A stretch of DNA of 64,000 nt from an uncultured Chloroflexia bacterium. Its GTDB lineage: Bacteria > Chloroflexota > Limnocylindria > Limnocylindrales > CSP1-4. This document shows positions 1-9,027 of this stretch, piece after piece. A program made the translations under genes and the position numbers. Positions within the stretch are counted from its first letter, which is position 1. Every line of letters begins with the position of its first letter. The notes beneath the pieces were generated by a model. That model saw only the letters and a program-made list of their open reading frames with translations. It searched no databases and was not told where the DNA came from. The stretch lies in the NCBI GenBank assembly GCA_963757865.1, contig CAVWSU010000013.1, forward strand, positions 410,904-474,903, read 5' to 3'.

Positions 1-1
1 T

Positions 2-1975
2 CGCACGGTCGACTTCCAGAGCCAGATCCTGACCAAGCAGGCACAGGACGCCGCCGTCCAGGCCGTGCCCCCCCAGTACGACTACACGCCGCAGAAGGGC
101 GACCTTGCCGCCGCCCGGCAGACGGCCGAATTCGACCGGCTGGTCGCCCCCGTCGACGCGGCGTTCGGTGCCGTGCTGTCCGATACGGCGCGGAAGGCGG
201 CCCTGGCGGGCGCCCTGCCGAGCCTCTCGTCCACGGCCCTCGCGACCCTGCAGGGCCTGGACCACTCGACCTGGATGGCGCTCCGCGACGAGATGCGGCG
301 CACGCTCGACACCACCGAACAGGCGGAGGTTCGTGACTCGGAGCTGAACGCGGCCCGGCAGGCGTTGCCCGACGCGCTGCCTGCCGATCTGCCCGCCGAC
401 CAGCGGGCGCTGGCCGCGGAGATCATCGAGCCGCTCCTCGTCGCAAACTCGTCCTACGACGATGTCGCGACCCAGGCTGCGCGCCAGGCCGCCCTGCAGG
501 CGACCGCGCCCGTGACGGTGACCGTCAAGCAGGACGAGGTCATCGTCGACCAGGGCCACACCATCACCCCCACCGCCCTCGAGAAGATCCAGGCCCTGGG
601 ACTCGAGACCTCGCAGCTCGACCCCGCCAAGCTCGCCGGATGGCTCCTGCTCGCCGCCCTCGTGGTCGCCCTCCTGCTCGGGTGGATGTGGCGCTACCGG
701 CCCGAATTCTGGCACCGGGACAACGCGCTGCTGCTGGTGGGTCTGCTGCTGGCGGGCGCTGTGCTCGCGCTGAAGCTGACCGCGGGTCGGTCCGTCATGC
801 CGTTCTTCATTCCCGTCGCCACGGTCGGGCTCCTGCTGACGATCCTCCTGGACAGCGGCGCGGCCATCGTCGTGCTTGGAACGCTTGCCGTCCTCGCCGG
901 GGCGGTGTCGGGGACGGTCGAACTGGCGGCGTACGTGTTCCTCGGCGGCCTCGTCGGGATCGTCGCGCTGTACCGCGCCGACCGCTTCAATCATTTCGTC
1001 CAGGCGGCCGTGGGCATGGCCATCGTGAACGCGACCGTGGTGGCGATCTTCACGCTGCTGGGTGAGCGGGATCTGACCGGCGTGCTCCAGCTGTGGGGCG
1101 CGTCCCTCGCGGCGGCCGGCGGCGCGGCGATCGTGGCCGTGGGGTCGTTCGCGGTGCTCGGCAATGTCTTCGGGATCACCACGAGCTTCCAGCTGCTCGA
1201 GCTCGCGAACCCTTCGCAGCCACTCCTGCGCCGGCTGCTCCTCGAGACCCCGGGGACGTATCACCACTCGCTGATGGTGGGCAACCTGGCGGAACGCGCC
1301 GCCGAGGCGATCGGCGCCGACCCGCTGCTGGCACGCGTCGCGGCGTACTACCACGACATCGGCAAGCTCGCGAATCCGGCCGCGTTCATCGAGAACCAGG
1401 CCGGGATGGGTAACGTCCACGACCTGCTCACGCCGCAGGAGTCGGCCGCCGTGCTGAAGGAGCACGTCGGCAACGGCATCGACCTCGCCTACCAGTTCGG
1501 GCTTCCCAAGGCGATCATCGCGTTCATCCCGCAGCACCACGGCACGGCGCTCATGAGCTACTTCTACGCGAAGGCGCAGGAGCAGGCAGTGACGGAAGCC
1601 GGCGTCATCCCGGGAACGCCCGAGGAGGCCGCCGCCGCGGCGTCGGTCGACCAGGCCCGCTTCCGCCACGCCGGCCCCAAGCCGCAGAGCCGGGAGGCGG
1701 CGATCCTCATGCTGTCCGACGGCGTGGAGGCATCGGTCCGGTCGCTGACGGGCCACGACGAGCCGACGATCCGCGCCATGGTCAACGCCATCATCCGCGA
1801 GCGCCTGGAGGACGGGCAGTTCGACGAGTGCGACCTCACCCTGCGCGACCTCGAGCGCATCCGGGAGGCCTTCGTGTCGCAGCTGCTGGGGATGTACCAC
1901 CAGCGCATCGAGTACCCGCAGAACAAGGTCGTGGAGCTGGAGTCGCGGCGGATCGCAGGCGCCGGGAGATCGTGA
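2..1975 (+). CDS. 7TM-HD (HDIG) phosphohydrolase, PgpH-like cyclic-di-AMP phosphodiesterase family; 5' end outside window
   Basis: Frame is open from base 2. Extracellular region, about 7 hydrophobic helices, then PGTYHHS..YYHDIGK..QHHGT..GPKPQSRE..D HD-domain motifs. Usual neighbour ybeY follows. Confidence 0.9.
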   Translation, partial: RTVDFQSQILTKQAQDAAVQAVPPQYDYTPQKGDLAAARQTAEFDRLVAPVDAAFGAVLSDTARKAALAGALPSLSSTALATLQGLDHSTWMALRDEMRRTLDTTEQAEVRDSELNAARQALPDALPADLPADQRALAAEIIEPLLVANSSYDDVATQAARQAALQATAPVTVTVKQDEVIVDQGHTITPTALEKIQALGLETSQLDPAKLAGWLLLAALVVALLLGWMWRYRPEFWHRDNALLLVGLLLAGAVLALKLTAGRSVMPFFIPVATVGLLLTILLDSGAAIVVLGTLAVLAGAVSGTVELAAYVFLGGLVGIVALYRADRFNHFVQAAVGMAIVNATVVAIFTLLGERDLTGVLQLWGASLAAAGGAAIVAVGSFAVLGNVFGITTSFQLLELANPSQPLLRRLLLETPGTYHHSLMVGNLAERAAEAIGADPLLARVAAYYHDIGKLANPAAFIENQAGMGNVHDLLTPQESAAVLKEHVGNGIDLAYQFGLPKAIIAFIPQHHGTALMSYFYAKAQEQAVTEAGVIPGTPEEAAAAASVDQARFRHAGPKPQSREAAILMLSDGVEASVRSLTGHDEPTIRAMVNAIIRERLEDGQFDECDLTLRDLERIREAFVSQLLGMYHQRIEYPQNKVVELESRRIAGAGRS

Positions 1976-2547
1976 CCGCTCCCGGGCCGACAGTCCGGTA
2001 TCTCCCACCCTGGCGCGTCGAACTCACGGTGAGACCGGGCGTGCCGCGGCTGCGGCCCCTGGCGCAGATCACGCGACTCGTGGACGTGGCCCTGCGCTCG
2101 GCCGGTGCGCCGCGGCCGGCATCCATCGGCGTCGTGCTCTCCGACGACGACGAGCTGGCAGCCCTGAACGCTCGGGCCATGGGAAAGGAGGGGCCGACGG
2201 ACGTCCTCTCGTTCCCCCTGCTGCCTCCGGAGGCGTTTCCTCCCCACGCGGGGCGGGCGACGGCGCTCCCTCCGCCGGTCGCCGCACCGCCCTTCGCGCT
2301 TCCGCCGGGTACCCGGCCACACCTCGGCGACATCGTCGTGTCGGTCGAGCGTGCGCTGGATCAGGCGAAGGCGGGTCGCGGCGGCCAGACGGGCGACGTG
2401 GCATGGGCCCCCGCCGACGAGCTGGCGCTGCTCGTCACGCACGGAGTCCTCCACCTCTGCGGTTGGGACCACGCGGACTCGGACGAGGAGGCGGCCATGC
2501 GACACATGGAAACGGTGATCCTCGCCGACCCGTCATGGAGGAGATGA
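1972..2547 (+). CDS. ybeY: rRNA maturation endoribonuclease YbeY
   Basis: PTDVLSFP, LGDIVVS and HGVLHLCGWDH metal motif. GTG start overlaps upstream stop (GTGA). Confidence 0.93.
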   Translation: MTAPGPTVRYLPPWRVELTVRPGVPRLRPLAQITRLVDVALRSAGAPRPASIGVVLSDDDELAALNARAMGKEGPTDVLSFPLLPPEAFPPHAGRATALPPPVAAPPFALPPGTRPHLGDIVVSVERALDQAKAGRGGQTGDVAWAPADELALLVTHGVLHLCGWDHADSDEEAAMRHMETVILADPSWRR

Positions 2548-3494
2548 CCCGCGGCGACGCCGACGTAGCGGGCGGGGCGGAAACGCGCGCCGACGCGGAG
2601 GCTCGGGGCCACGCGGATACGCGCGCCGACGCGGAGGCTCGGGGCCACGCGGAAGCGCGTGGCGGTGCGGAGGCGCGGGACGGCGAGACGCCGGGCGACG
2701 CGCAGGCGCAGGACGGCGACGTCGAGACGCTTGGCGGCGGCGTCGCCAACCCGGGGGCCGTCGTTCGGATCGGCTCCACGGTCCACCGCCCGGTCGGAAC
2801 GCACACCGCGGCAGTCCACGCGTTTCTTCGGCACCTGGAGAGGCAGGGCTTCGCCGGCGCGCCCCGCGTGCTCAGGTTCGACGCCGAGGGGCGCGAGGTC
2901 CTCACGTTCGTCCCCGGCGACGTGGCCATTCCGCCCGACCTGCCGGCGTGGGCCACCTCCGACGACCTGCTCGTGAGCGTCGCCGAACTCCAGCGTGCGC
3001 TCCACCGGGCAGCGGCCGGGTTCGTGCCGCCACCGGGCGCGGCGTGGAACCCGGGATCGCTCCCGGACACGCGCCCGGATCTCGTGTGCCACGCCGACAT
3101 CTGCCTGGAGAACGTGGTGGTCCGCCAGGGACGCGCCGCCGCCTTCATCGACTTCGACTGGGCCGCGCCCATGGACCGGCGGATGGACATCGCGATCGCG
3201 CTCCGTCACTGGATCCCGATGCGCGATCCGGCCGATCTCGAGCCGGCGCGGCAGGGCGTGGACCAGGTTGCCCGGTTCGCCGCCTTCTGCGAGGTTCACG
3301 GACTGGCGGCCGACGATCGCGCACGTGTCCTGGACCTCCTCGGTGCGTACCTCGACCTGGCCCTCGTGAGCATTGAGCGGCGAGCCGCCTCGGGACATCC
3401 CGGGTTCGCCACGATGTGGAATGCCGGATACGCAGCCTCCAACCGGCGGGCACGTCGATGGCTGGAGTCGAGCCGGGGAAGCCTGCTGGCCTGA
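2544..3494 (+). CDS. Aminoglycoside phosphotransferase (APH)/kinase-like family protein
   Basis: LGGG..N..VVRIGSTVHRP, CHADICLENVV and FIDFD kinase motifs. ATGA overlap with ybeY. Confidence 0.8.
   Translation: MTRGDADVAGGAETRADAEARGHADTRADAEARGHAEARGGAEARDGETPGDAQAQDGDVETLGGGVANPGAVVRIGSTVHRPVGTHTAAVHAFLRHLERQGFAGAPRVLRFDAEGREVLTFVPGDVAIPPDLPAWATSDDLLVSVAELQRALHRAAAGFVPPPGAAWNPGSLPDTRPDLVCHADICLENVVVRQGRAAAFIDFDWAAPMDRRMDIAIALRHWIPMRDPADLEPARQGVDQVARFAAFCEVHGLAADDRARVLDLLGAYLDLALVSIERRAASGHPGFATMWNAGYAASNRRARRWLESSRGSLLA
2583..2654 (+). repeat. 36-bp tandem duplication (TRADAEARGHAD/E x2) in the APH-like N-terminus
   Basis: acgcgcgccgacgcggaggctcggggccacgcgga occurs at 2583 and 2619. Confidence 0.85.
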
Positions 3495-3609
3495 CGCGCG
3501 ATCGGCCGCCGGCTCCGCTGCTGCTACCATCCTCACCGGCCCGCGGGAGACCGGTTCGGGCCCTTTTCGCATGCCGCTGGCCGCGGGCCGCGGCGGGCAT
3601 GGAGGCCGC

Positions 3610-4491
3610 GTGAAGATCGTCGTTGGGCTGGGGAACCCGGGCCCGAAGTACGCCGAGACGCGCCACAACGTGGGCTGGATGGTGCTCGACCGTCTGGCGG
3701 ATCGCGCTGGAATCTCCGGTCGCGGCAAGGAGCGGGACGCCGCCGTGACGGTCCGCGGCCGCCTCCACGACGTCGACATCGCCCTGGTCAAGCCGCTGAC
3801 CTTCATGAACGACTCGGGGATCGCGATCCGCAAGATCCTGGCGCGTGAGCGGGCGCCCCTGGACCAGATGCTCGTGGTCGTGGACGACTTCGCACTGCCC
3901 TTCGGTCGGCTCCGGATCCGCCCCGACGGCACGCACGGCGGACACAACGGGCTGCGCTCGATCGTCGCGGAGCTCGAGACCCAGCGATTCGCCAGGCTCC
4001 GGGTCGGGATCGGCGAGCCGCGGCGCGACGCCATCGACCACGTCCTGAGCAAGTTCTCGAGCGACGAGCGCGCGCAACTTCCGGCACTGCTGGACGCGGC
4101 GGCCGACGCCGTGGAGACGTGGGCGCGGGACGGGGCCCCCGCGGCCGCGAACCTCTGGAACGGTTGGGCGCTTCGCGGGACGGTGGACGCGGCACCGTCG
4201 CTCGACGCCGCCGCACCCGGGCGGGGCGGCGCGACGCAGGGGGCCGGCCACGCTGCGCGACCCGCGGGGCGCACGGTGGCTGGCGATGCCGGCACGTTAG
4301 GGGAGCCAGGCGATCCCGGGACCGTGGCCCTCGACGCGGGTACAGACGTGGTTCCGGGCCCGGCCGCCGCGCGGGCAGCTCCGGAGCCCGGTGAGGTCGG
4401 GGGTCCGGCAGGCGCGGATGGCATCCGCCGGACCAGGACGGGCTGGCGGCGTGTGCTGCCGCCCGGTCGCGAGCCGGACTCGCGGGGGTGA
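3610..4491 (+). CDS. pth: Peptidyl-tRNA hydrolase with long low-complexity C-terminal extension
   Basis: KIVVGLGNPG..YAETRHNVG, KPLTFMN.SG, GGHNGLRS, RLRVGIG. GGAGG RBS before the GTG. Confidence 0.95.
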   Translation: MKIVVGLGNPGPKYAETRHNVGWMVLDRLADRAGISGRGKERDAAVTVRGRLHDVDIALVKPLTFMNDSGIAIRKILARERAPLDQMLVVVDDFALPFGRLRIRPDGTHGGHNGLRSIVAELETQRFARLRVGIGEPRRDAIDHVLSKFSSDERAQLPALLDAAADAVETWARDGAPAAANLWNGWALRGTVDAAPSLDAAAPGRGGATQGAGHAARPAGRTVAGDAGTLGEPGDPGTVALDAGTDVVPGPAAARAAPEPGEVGGPAGADGIRRTRTGWRRVLPPGREPDSRG

Positions 4492-7400
4492 CGGATCAGC
4501 GCCTGCGGGGCCGCCGGGGCCGCGACCGGCACATCGCCGAGGCGTCGGCGGCGTTGGGTGGGCCCACGCACCGACGCGCGGCCGCAGGAGGTCGCAGCGC
4601 GGCCGCCACGGGCCACGGTGGGGGCCGGGTCCGCACGGCCGACCTGTCAGCGCTCCCTCCGCTCCTCGCCCGCACGGCCGAGCTGCAGGGCCTGGCGGAG
4701 CGGTACGCGACCGTCCGTGCCGGGCGGGTGGGACGCGACCTGCGGCACGTCACGTACGCCGCGATGCCGCACGGGGCGAAGACGTTCCTCGCGGCAGCGC
4801 TCGCGGACGCCACGGGCGAACGGCTCGTGTGGGTCGCAAGGGACGCGGAGATCGCCGATCGCGTGGCCGAGGAGCTCGCGGCGTGGTGGGGCGATCCGGG
4901 GGCGATCGTCGTACTCGAGCCCCGAACGGCGCTGGCCTACGAGCGCGGCGAGCTGGTCCGCGACGAGACGGCGGCCCGCGTTGCAGCGCTCGCCGCCTGG
5001 CGCGCGGGCTCGACGGGCGGGCCGAACCCTTCGGCGCCCTCGCCCCCATCGGGTCCGGCGTCCGCGGCGTCATCGGCCCGGGCCCGCATCCTCGTCACGA
5101 GCCCGCAGGCCCTGCTGCAGCGGACGTTGCCACCGGACGCGCTCCCGGCGACGCCCCTCGTCCTTCGCCGCGGGGCGCGGCTCCCGCAGGAGCGGCTGCT
5201 TCGGGAGCTGATCGATCTCGGCTACGACGCCGTCGCGGAGGTCGGCGGGCGCGGCGAGTTCGCCCGTCGCGGCGGCATCGTCGACCTGTTCCCGCCCGGG
5301 CAGTCGCTGCCGGTCCGCGCGGAGTTCTTCGGAGACGAGATCGAATCCCTGCGCTCGTTCGATCCCGCGGACCAGCGGTCGACCGGAACCGTCGCATCCG
5401 CCGCCGTGCTCCCGGCCGGCGAGTTCCTGTTCGATCCCGACACGCCGGGATGGCTCAGGGGACGCCTGGGCCGCCTCGCCGGAAGGTTGCCGCCGCTGCT
5501 CGAGGCGGACCTGGAGCACATGTCCGTCTCCCGCGAACCGGGCGATGCTGCCGAGGTCTGGGCCGGGATCCTGGCGCCGGCGACCGGCGCGGACCACGTC
5601 GGCGACGCGATCTGGCTGCTCGACGAGCCGGGCGACGTCGATCAGGCTGCGGCCCTGCTCTGGGAGCAGGCCGCGGAGCGCCGCACGGAGCTCGAGGAGT
5701 CCGGCGAGCTGCCCTCGGGATGGCCGGACGCGTACCTCGATCACCGGACGTGGCAGCGGACGCTCGACGGCGCGAGGACGCTCGAGCTCACGTGGGAGAG
5801 CGAGGCGCCGGGTGCCCCGCCCGGTGGCAACCCGTTCGGCTGGCGCGAGCCGGCGCTGCCGCCGCGGCGCATCGCGGGCATCGGCGAGGCCGTCGCCCGC
5901 TGGCGGGTGGAGGAGCGGCGCGTCGTCGTGACGTCCGACCAGTCGGCACGGCTCTCGGAACTGCTGGACGAGGCCGGCATCATCGCCCCGCCGACCCGGC
6001 GGCTCGACGAACCAAACCCCCCGGGGTCCGTCGTCCTCGTCGACCGCAGCCTCAACAGCGGGTTCGAGGGCGGGCCCGACGGCCTCGTGGTGCTCACGGA
6101 TCGGGAGCTCTTCGGCACGGTCCGGGTCCGGCGTCCGAGGGCCCTGCGCCGCGTCGTGCCCCGCGACCTGCTGGAGCGGCTCTCGCCCGGCGATCTCGTG
6201 GTCCACGTCGACCACGGTATCGCCCGGTACGGAGGCATGGTCCGGCGCGGTGCCGGCGCGTCGGGCGAGGAACGCGACTACCTCGAGCTGCACTTCTCCG
6301 GCACGGACCGGATCTTCCTGCCGGTCGAGCAGGTCGACCGGATCAGCCGGTACTCGGGCGGCGAGAATCCGCAGCTCTCGAAGCTCGGCGGCGCGGAGTG
6401 GCAGCGCACCCGGGCCCGCGTCCGCAGGGCGGTCACCGACCTCGCGAAGGAGCTGCTCGAGCTCTACTCGGCCCGGGCGAAGGCCCACGGCCACGCGTTC
6501 TCGCCGGACACGCCGTGGCAGCAGGAGATGGAGGCCGCGTTTCCGTACGAGGAGACGCCGGACCAGACACGCGCGGTCGTGGAGGCGAAGGCCGACATGG
6601 AGCGGACCGAACCGATGGACCGCCTGGTGGTGGGCGACGTCGGGTACGGCAAGACCGAGGTCGCGCTCCGCGCCGCGTTCAAGGCCATCCAGGACGGCAA
6701 GCAGGTGGCGGTGCTGGTGCCGACCACGGTCCTCGCCCAGCAGCACTACGTGACCTTCACGCAGCGCTTCGCCGCATACCCGATCACCGTGCGGCTGCTG
6801 AGCCGCTTCGTGTCCGCGACCGACCAGCAGGCCGCCATCGAGGGCCTGGCGCGCGGGACGGTCGACCTGGTGATCGGGACGCACCGGCTGCTGTCGCGGG
6901 ACGTGCAGTTCCACGACCTCGCCCTCGTGATCGTCGACGAGGAGCAGCGGTTCGGGGTCGCGCACAAGGAGCGCCTCAAGCAGCTCCGGCGCGCGGTGGA
7001 CGTGCTCACGCTGTCGGCCACCCCGATCCCCCGCACCCTGAACATGGCCCTCTCCGGCGTCCGCGACATGAGCGTGATCGAGACCCCGCCCGAGGACCGC
7101 CTGCCGATCCAGACGCGGGTGGCGGAGGCGTCGGCCGGGCTGGTGCGGGACGCGATCCTCCGCGAGCTCGACCGTGGCGGCCAGGCGTTCTTCGTCCACA
7201 ACCGCGTGGAGACGATCGAGGCGCAGGCCGAGCAGCTTCGCCGCCTCCTGCCCCAGGCGCGCATCGCCGTCGCGCACGGCCAGATGCCGGAAGGTCAGCT
7301 CGAGCGGGTCATGCTGGCCTTCTCGGAGGGGGCGTGGGACGTCCTCGTCTGCACGACGATCATCGAGTCGGGGCTCGACATCCCGAACGCGAACACGATC

Positions 7401-8216
7401 GTCATCGATCGCGCCGACGCGCTCGGCCTCGCGCAGCTCTACCAGCTCCGGGGACGGGTCGGGCGCAGCGCACGCCGCGCCTACGCGTACCTCCTGTACC
7501 GTCGCCGCGACCGGCTGAGCGAGGTGGCACGGAAGCGCCTGCAGGCCATCTTCAACGCGTCCGAGCTGGGCGCCGGCTTCCAGATCGCGCTGGCCGACCT
7601 GGAGATCCGGGGCGCGGGCAACATCCTCGGCGCCGAGCAGCACGGGCACATCGCGGCCGTCGGATTCGACCTCTACACGCGGCTGCTGGCGGAGGCGGTC
7701 GAGGAGCAGAAGGCGATCCTCGAGGAACGCGAGCCGCGGATCTCGCGCCCGGCGGCCATCGTGGATCTGCCGATCGACGCATACCTGCCGGACGACTACG
7801 TGGCCGGCGAGCCCCAGAAACTCGAGTTCTACCGGCGGCTGGCGCGCGTGCGAACCGAGGAGGAGCTGGAGGCGGCCCGCGCCGACCTGGCCGACCGCTT
7901 CGGCACGCTCCCTCCACCCGCCGGCCGCCTGCTGGAGGTCGCGCACCTCCGGCTGCTGGCCGAGCGTGCCGGTATCGCGTCCGTGTCGCGCGAGGACGCG
8001 GAGCTGATCTTCCGGTTCCCGCCGGACTGGCCGCGCGGCGCGGTCGTGCGTGCGCTGCAGGCCCCCGGCTGGAGGCCGGCCGGGCTCGCGCCGGGATCGC
8101 TGCGGATCGCCTCGAACCAGGTGCGCGTGCGGGCGGGGCGGGCGGCCGACCTGTGGGGAACCGCGCGCACCATCATCGAACGGCTCTCGGAGGCATCGGA
8201 GGAGGTCACGGCCTGA
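4488..8216 (+). CDS. mfd: Transcription-repair coupling factor Mfd (true start may be somewhat downstream)
   Basis: UvrB-like region (RGGIVDLFP), RID domain (VVHVDHGIARY), GDVGYGKTEVA, DEEQRFGV, SATPIPRTL, QLRGRVGR, TRCF C-terminus. Confidence 0.97.
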   Translation: MTDQRLRGRRGRDRHIAEASAALGGPTHRRAAAGGRSAAATGHGGGRVRTADLSALPPLLARTAELQGLAERYATVRAGRVGRDLRHVTYAAMPHGAKTFLAAALADATGERLVWVARDAEIADRVAEELAAWWGDPGAIVVLEPRTALAYERGELVRDETAARVAALAAWRAGSTGGPNPSAPSPPSGPASAASSARARILVTSPQALLQRTLPPDALPATPLVLRRGARLPQERLLRELIDLGYDAVAEVGGRGEFARRGGIVDLFPPGQSLPVRAEFFGDEIESLRSFDPADQRSTGTVASAAVLPAGEFLFDPDTPGWLRGRLGRLAGRLPPLLEADLEHMSVSREPGDAAEVWAGILAPATGADHVGDAIWLLDEPGDVDQAAALLWEQAAERRTELEESGELPSGWPDAYLDHRTWQRTLDGARTLELTWESEAPGAPPGGNPFGWREPALPPRRIAGIGEAVARWRVEERRVVVTSDQSARLSELLDEAGIIAPPTRRLDEPNPPGSVVLVDRSLNSGFEGGPDGLVVLTDRELFGTVRVRRPRALRRVVPRDLLERLSPGDLVVHVDHGIARYGGMVRRGAGASGEERDYLELHFSGTDRIFLPVEQVDRISRYSGGENPQLSKLGGAEWQRTRARVRRAVTDLAKELLELYSARAKAHGHAFSPDTPWQQEMEAAFPYEETPDQTRAVVEAKADMERTEPMDRLVVGDVGYGKTEVALRAAFKAIQDGKQVAVLVPTTVLAQQHYVTFTQRFAAYPITVRLLSRFVSATDQQAAIEGLARGTVDLVIGTHRLLSRDVQFHDLALVIVDEEQRFGVAHKERLKQLRRAVDVLTLSATPIPRTLNMALSGVRDMSVIETPPEDRLPIQTRVAEASAGLVRDAILRELDRGGQAFFVHNRVETIEAQAEQLRRLLPQARIAVAHGQMPEGQLERVMLAFSEGAWDVLVCTTIIESGLDIPNANTIVIDRADALGLAQLYQLRGRVGRSARRAYAYLLYRRRDRLSEVARKRLQAIFNASELGAGFQIALADLEIRGAGNILGAEQHGHIAAVGFDLYTRLLAEAVEEQKAILEEREPRISRPAAIVDLPIDAYLPDDYVAGEPQKLEFYRRLARVRTEEELEAARADLADRFGTLPPPAGRLLEVAHLRLLAERAGIASVSREDAELIFRFPPDWPRGAVVRALQAPGWRPAGLAPGSLRIASNQVRVRAGRAADLWGTARTIIERLSEASEEVTA

Positions 8217-8286
8217 CCGCCGGTCTGGCGGCCTGGCCCGCGGCCCTGGCGGCTTGACCGCGGCCCTGGCGGCTTGACCGCGGCCC
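8214..8286. repeat. About 3.5 copies of a 20-bp tandem repeat between convergent mfd and response regulator
   Basis: tgaccgcggccctggcggct-like units at 8214, 8234, 8255 and 8275. Confidence 0.8.
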
Positions 8287-8306
8287 CCACGGGTCGACGG
8301 CGATTG

Positions 8307-9011
8307 TCAGGCCGGAACGAAGCGGTACCCCAGGCCGTACTCGGTCGCGATGAAGCGCCGTTCCGGGGCCGCCGAGGCGAGCTTGGCCCGCAGGTTCCGC
8401 ATCGTGACCCGCAGGAGCTGGGCCTCATCCCCGTACGTCGGCCCCCACACGGCCTGCAGCAGTTCGCGGTGCCCGACGAGCTCCCCCGGGTGCTCGGCCA
8501 GGTACCGCAGCAGCCTGAACTCGGTGGGTGTCAGGTGGATCTCGATGCCACCGACCAGCACACGGTGGCTGCGCGGGTAGATGTGCACCGCGCCGCGCAT
8601 GAGGATGCCGGGGTCCTCGTCCTGGGACGAGCGAGGATGCGAGCGGCGCAGCGCAGCCTGCACGCGCGCGATGAGCTCGGGGAAGCTGACCGGCTTGTTC
8701 ATGTAATCGTCGGCGCCTGCCCCGAGCCCGCGGATCTTGTCGGCCTCGGCCCCCAGTGCGGTGACCATGAGCACGGGAACCTGGCTCCGCGAACGGATCC
8801 GGTCGATCAGCTCCCAGCCGTCCGGGCCGGGCAGACCGATGTCGAGCAGGACGAGGTCGGGGGGCTGCTCGTCGAAGATCCGAAGGGCCTCCCACCCGTC
8901 GTGGGCCATGAGCGTCTGCCAGCCGTGCCGGTCGAGCCACAGCCGGAGCAGTTCCGCGAACTCGCGTTCGTCCTCGACGATCAGGATCCGCTCCGCCTCA
9001 CCCTCGCTCAT
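8307..9011 (-). CDS. OmpR/KdpE-family response regulator
   Basis: RILIVEDE, LVLLDIGLPG, GADDYMNKP, LTPTEFRLL, LRAKL, TEYGLGYRF. Confidence 0.93.
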   Translation of the reverse strand: MSEGEAERILIVEDEREFAELLRLWLDRHGWQTLMAHDGWEALRIFDEQPPDLVLLDIGLPGPDGWELIDRIRSRSQVPVLMVTALGAEADKIRGLGAGADDYMNKPVSFPELIARVQAALRRSHPRSSQDEDPGILMRGAVHIYPRSHRVLVGGIEIHLTPTEFRLLRYLAEHPGELVGHRELLQAVWGPTYGDEAQLLRVTMRNLRAKLASAAPERRFIATEYGLGYRFVPA

Positions 9012-9027
9012 GGCGCGGCTCTCCGCA

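Noticed and set aside
2544-3494. Aminoglycoside resistance gene
   Set aside because: Only the general APH/kinase fold is supported. It is coupled to ybeY in core context with no mobile element.
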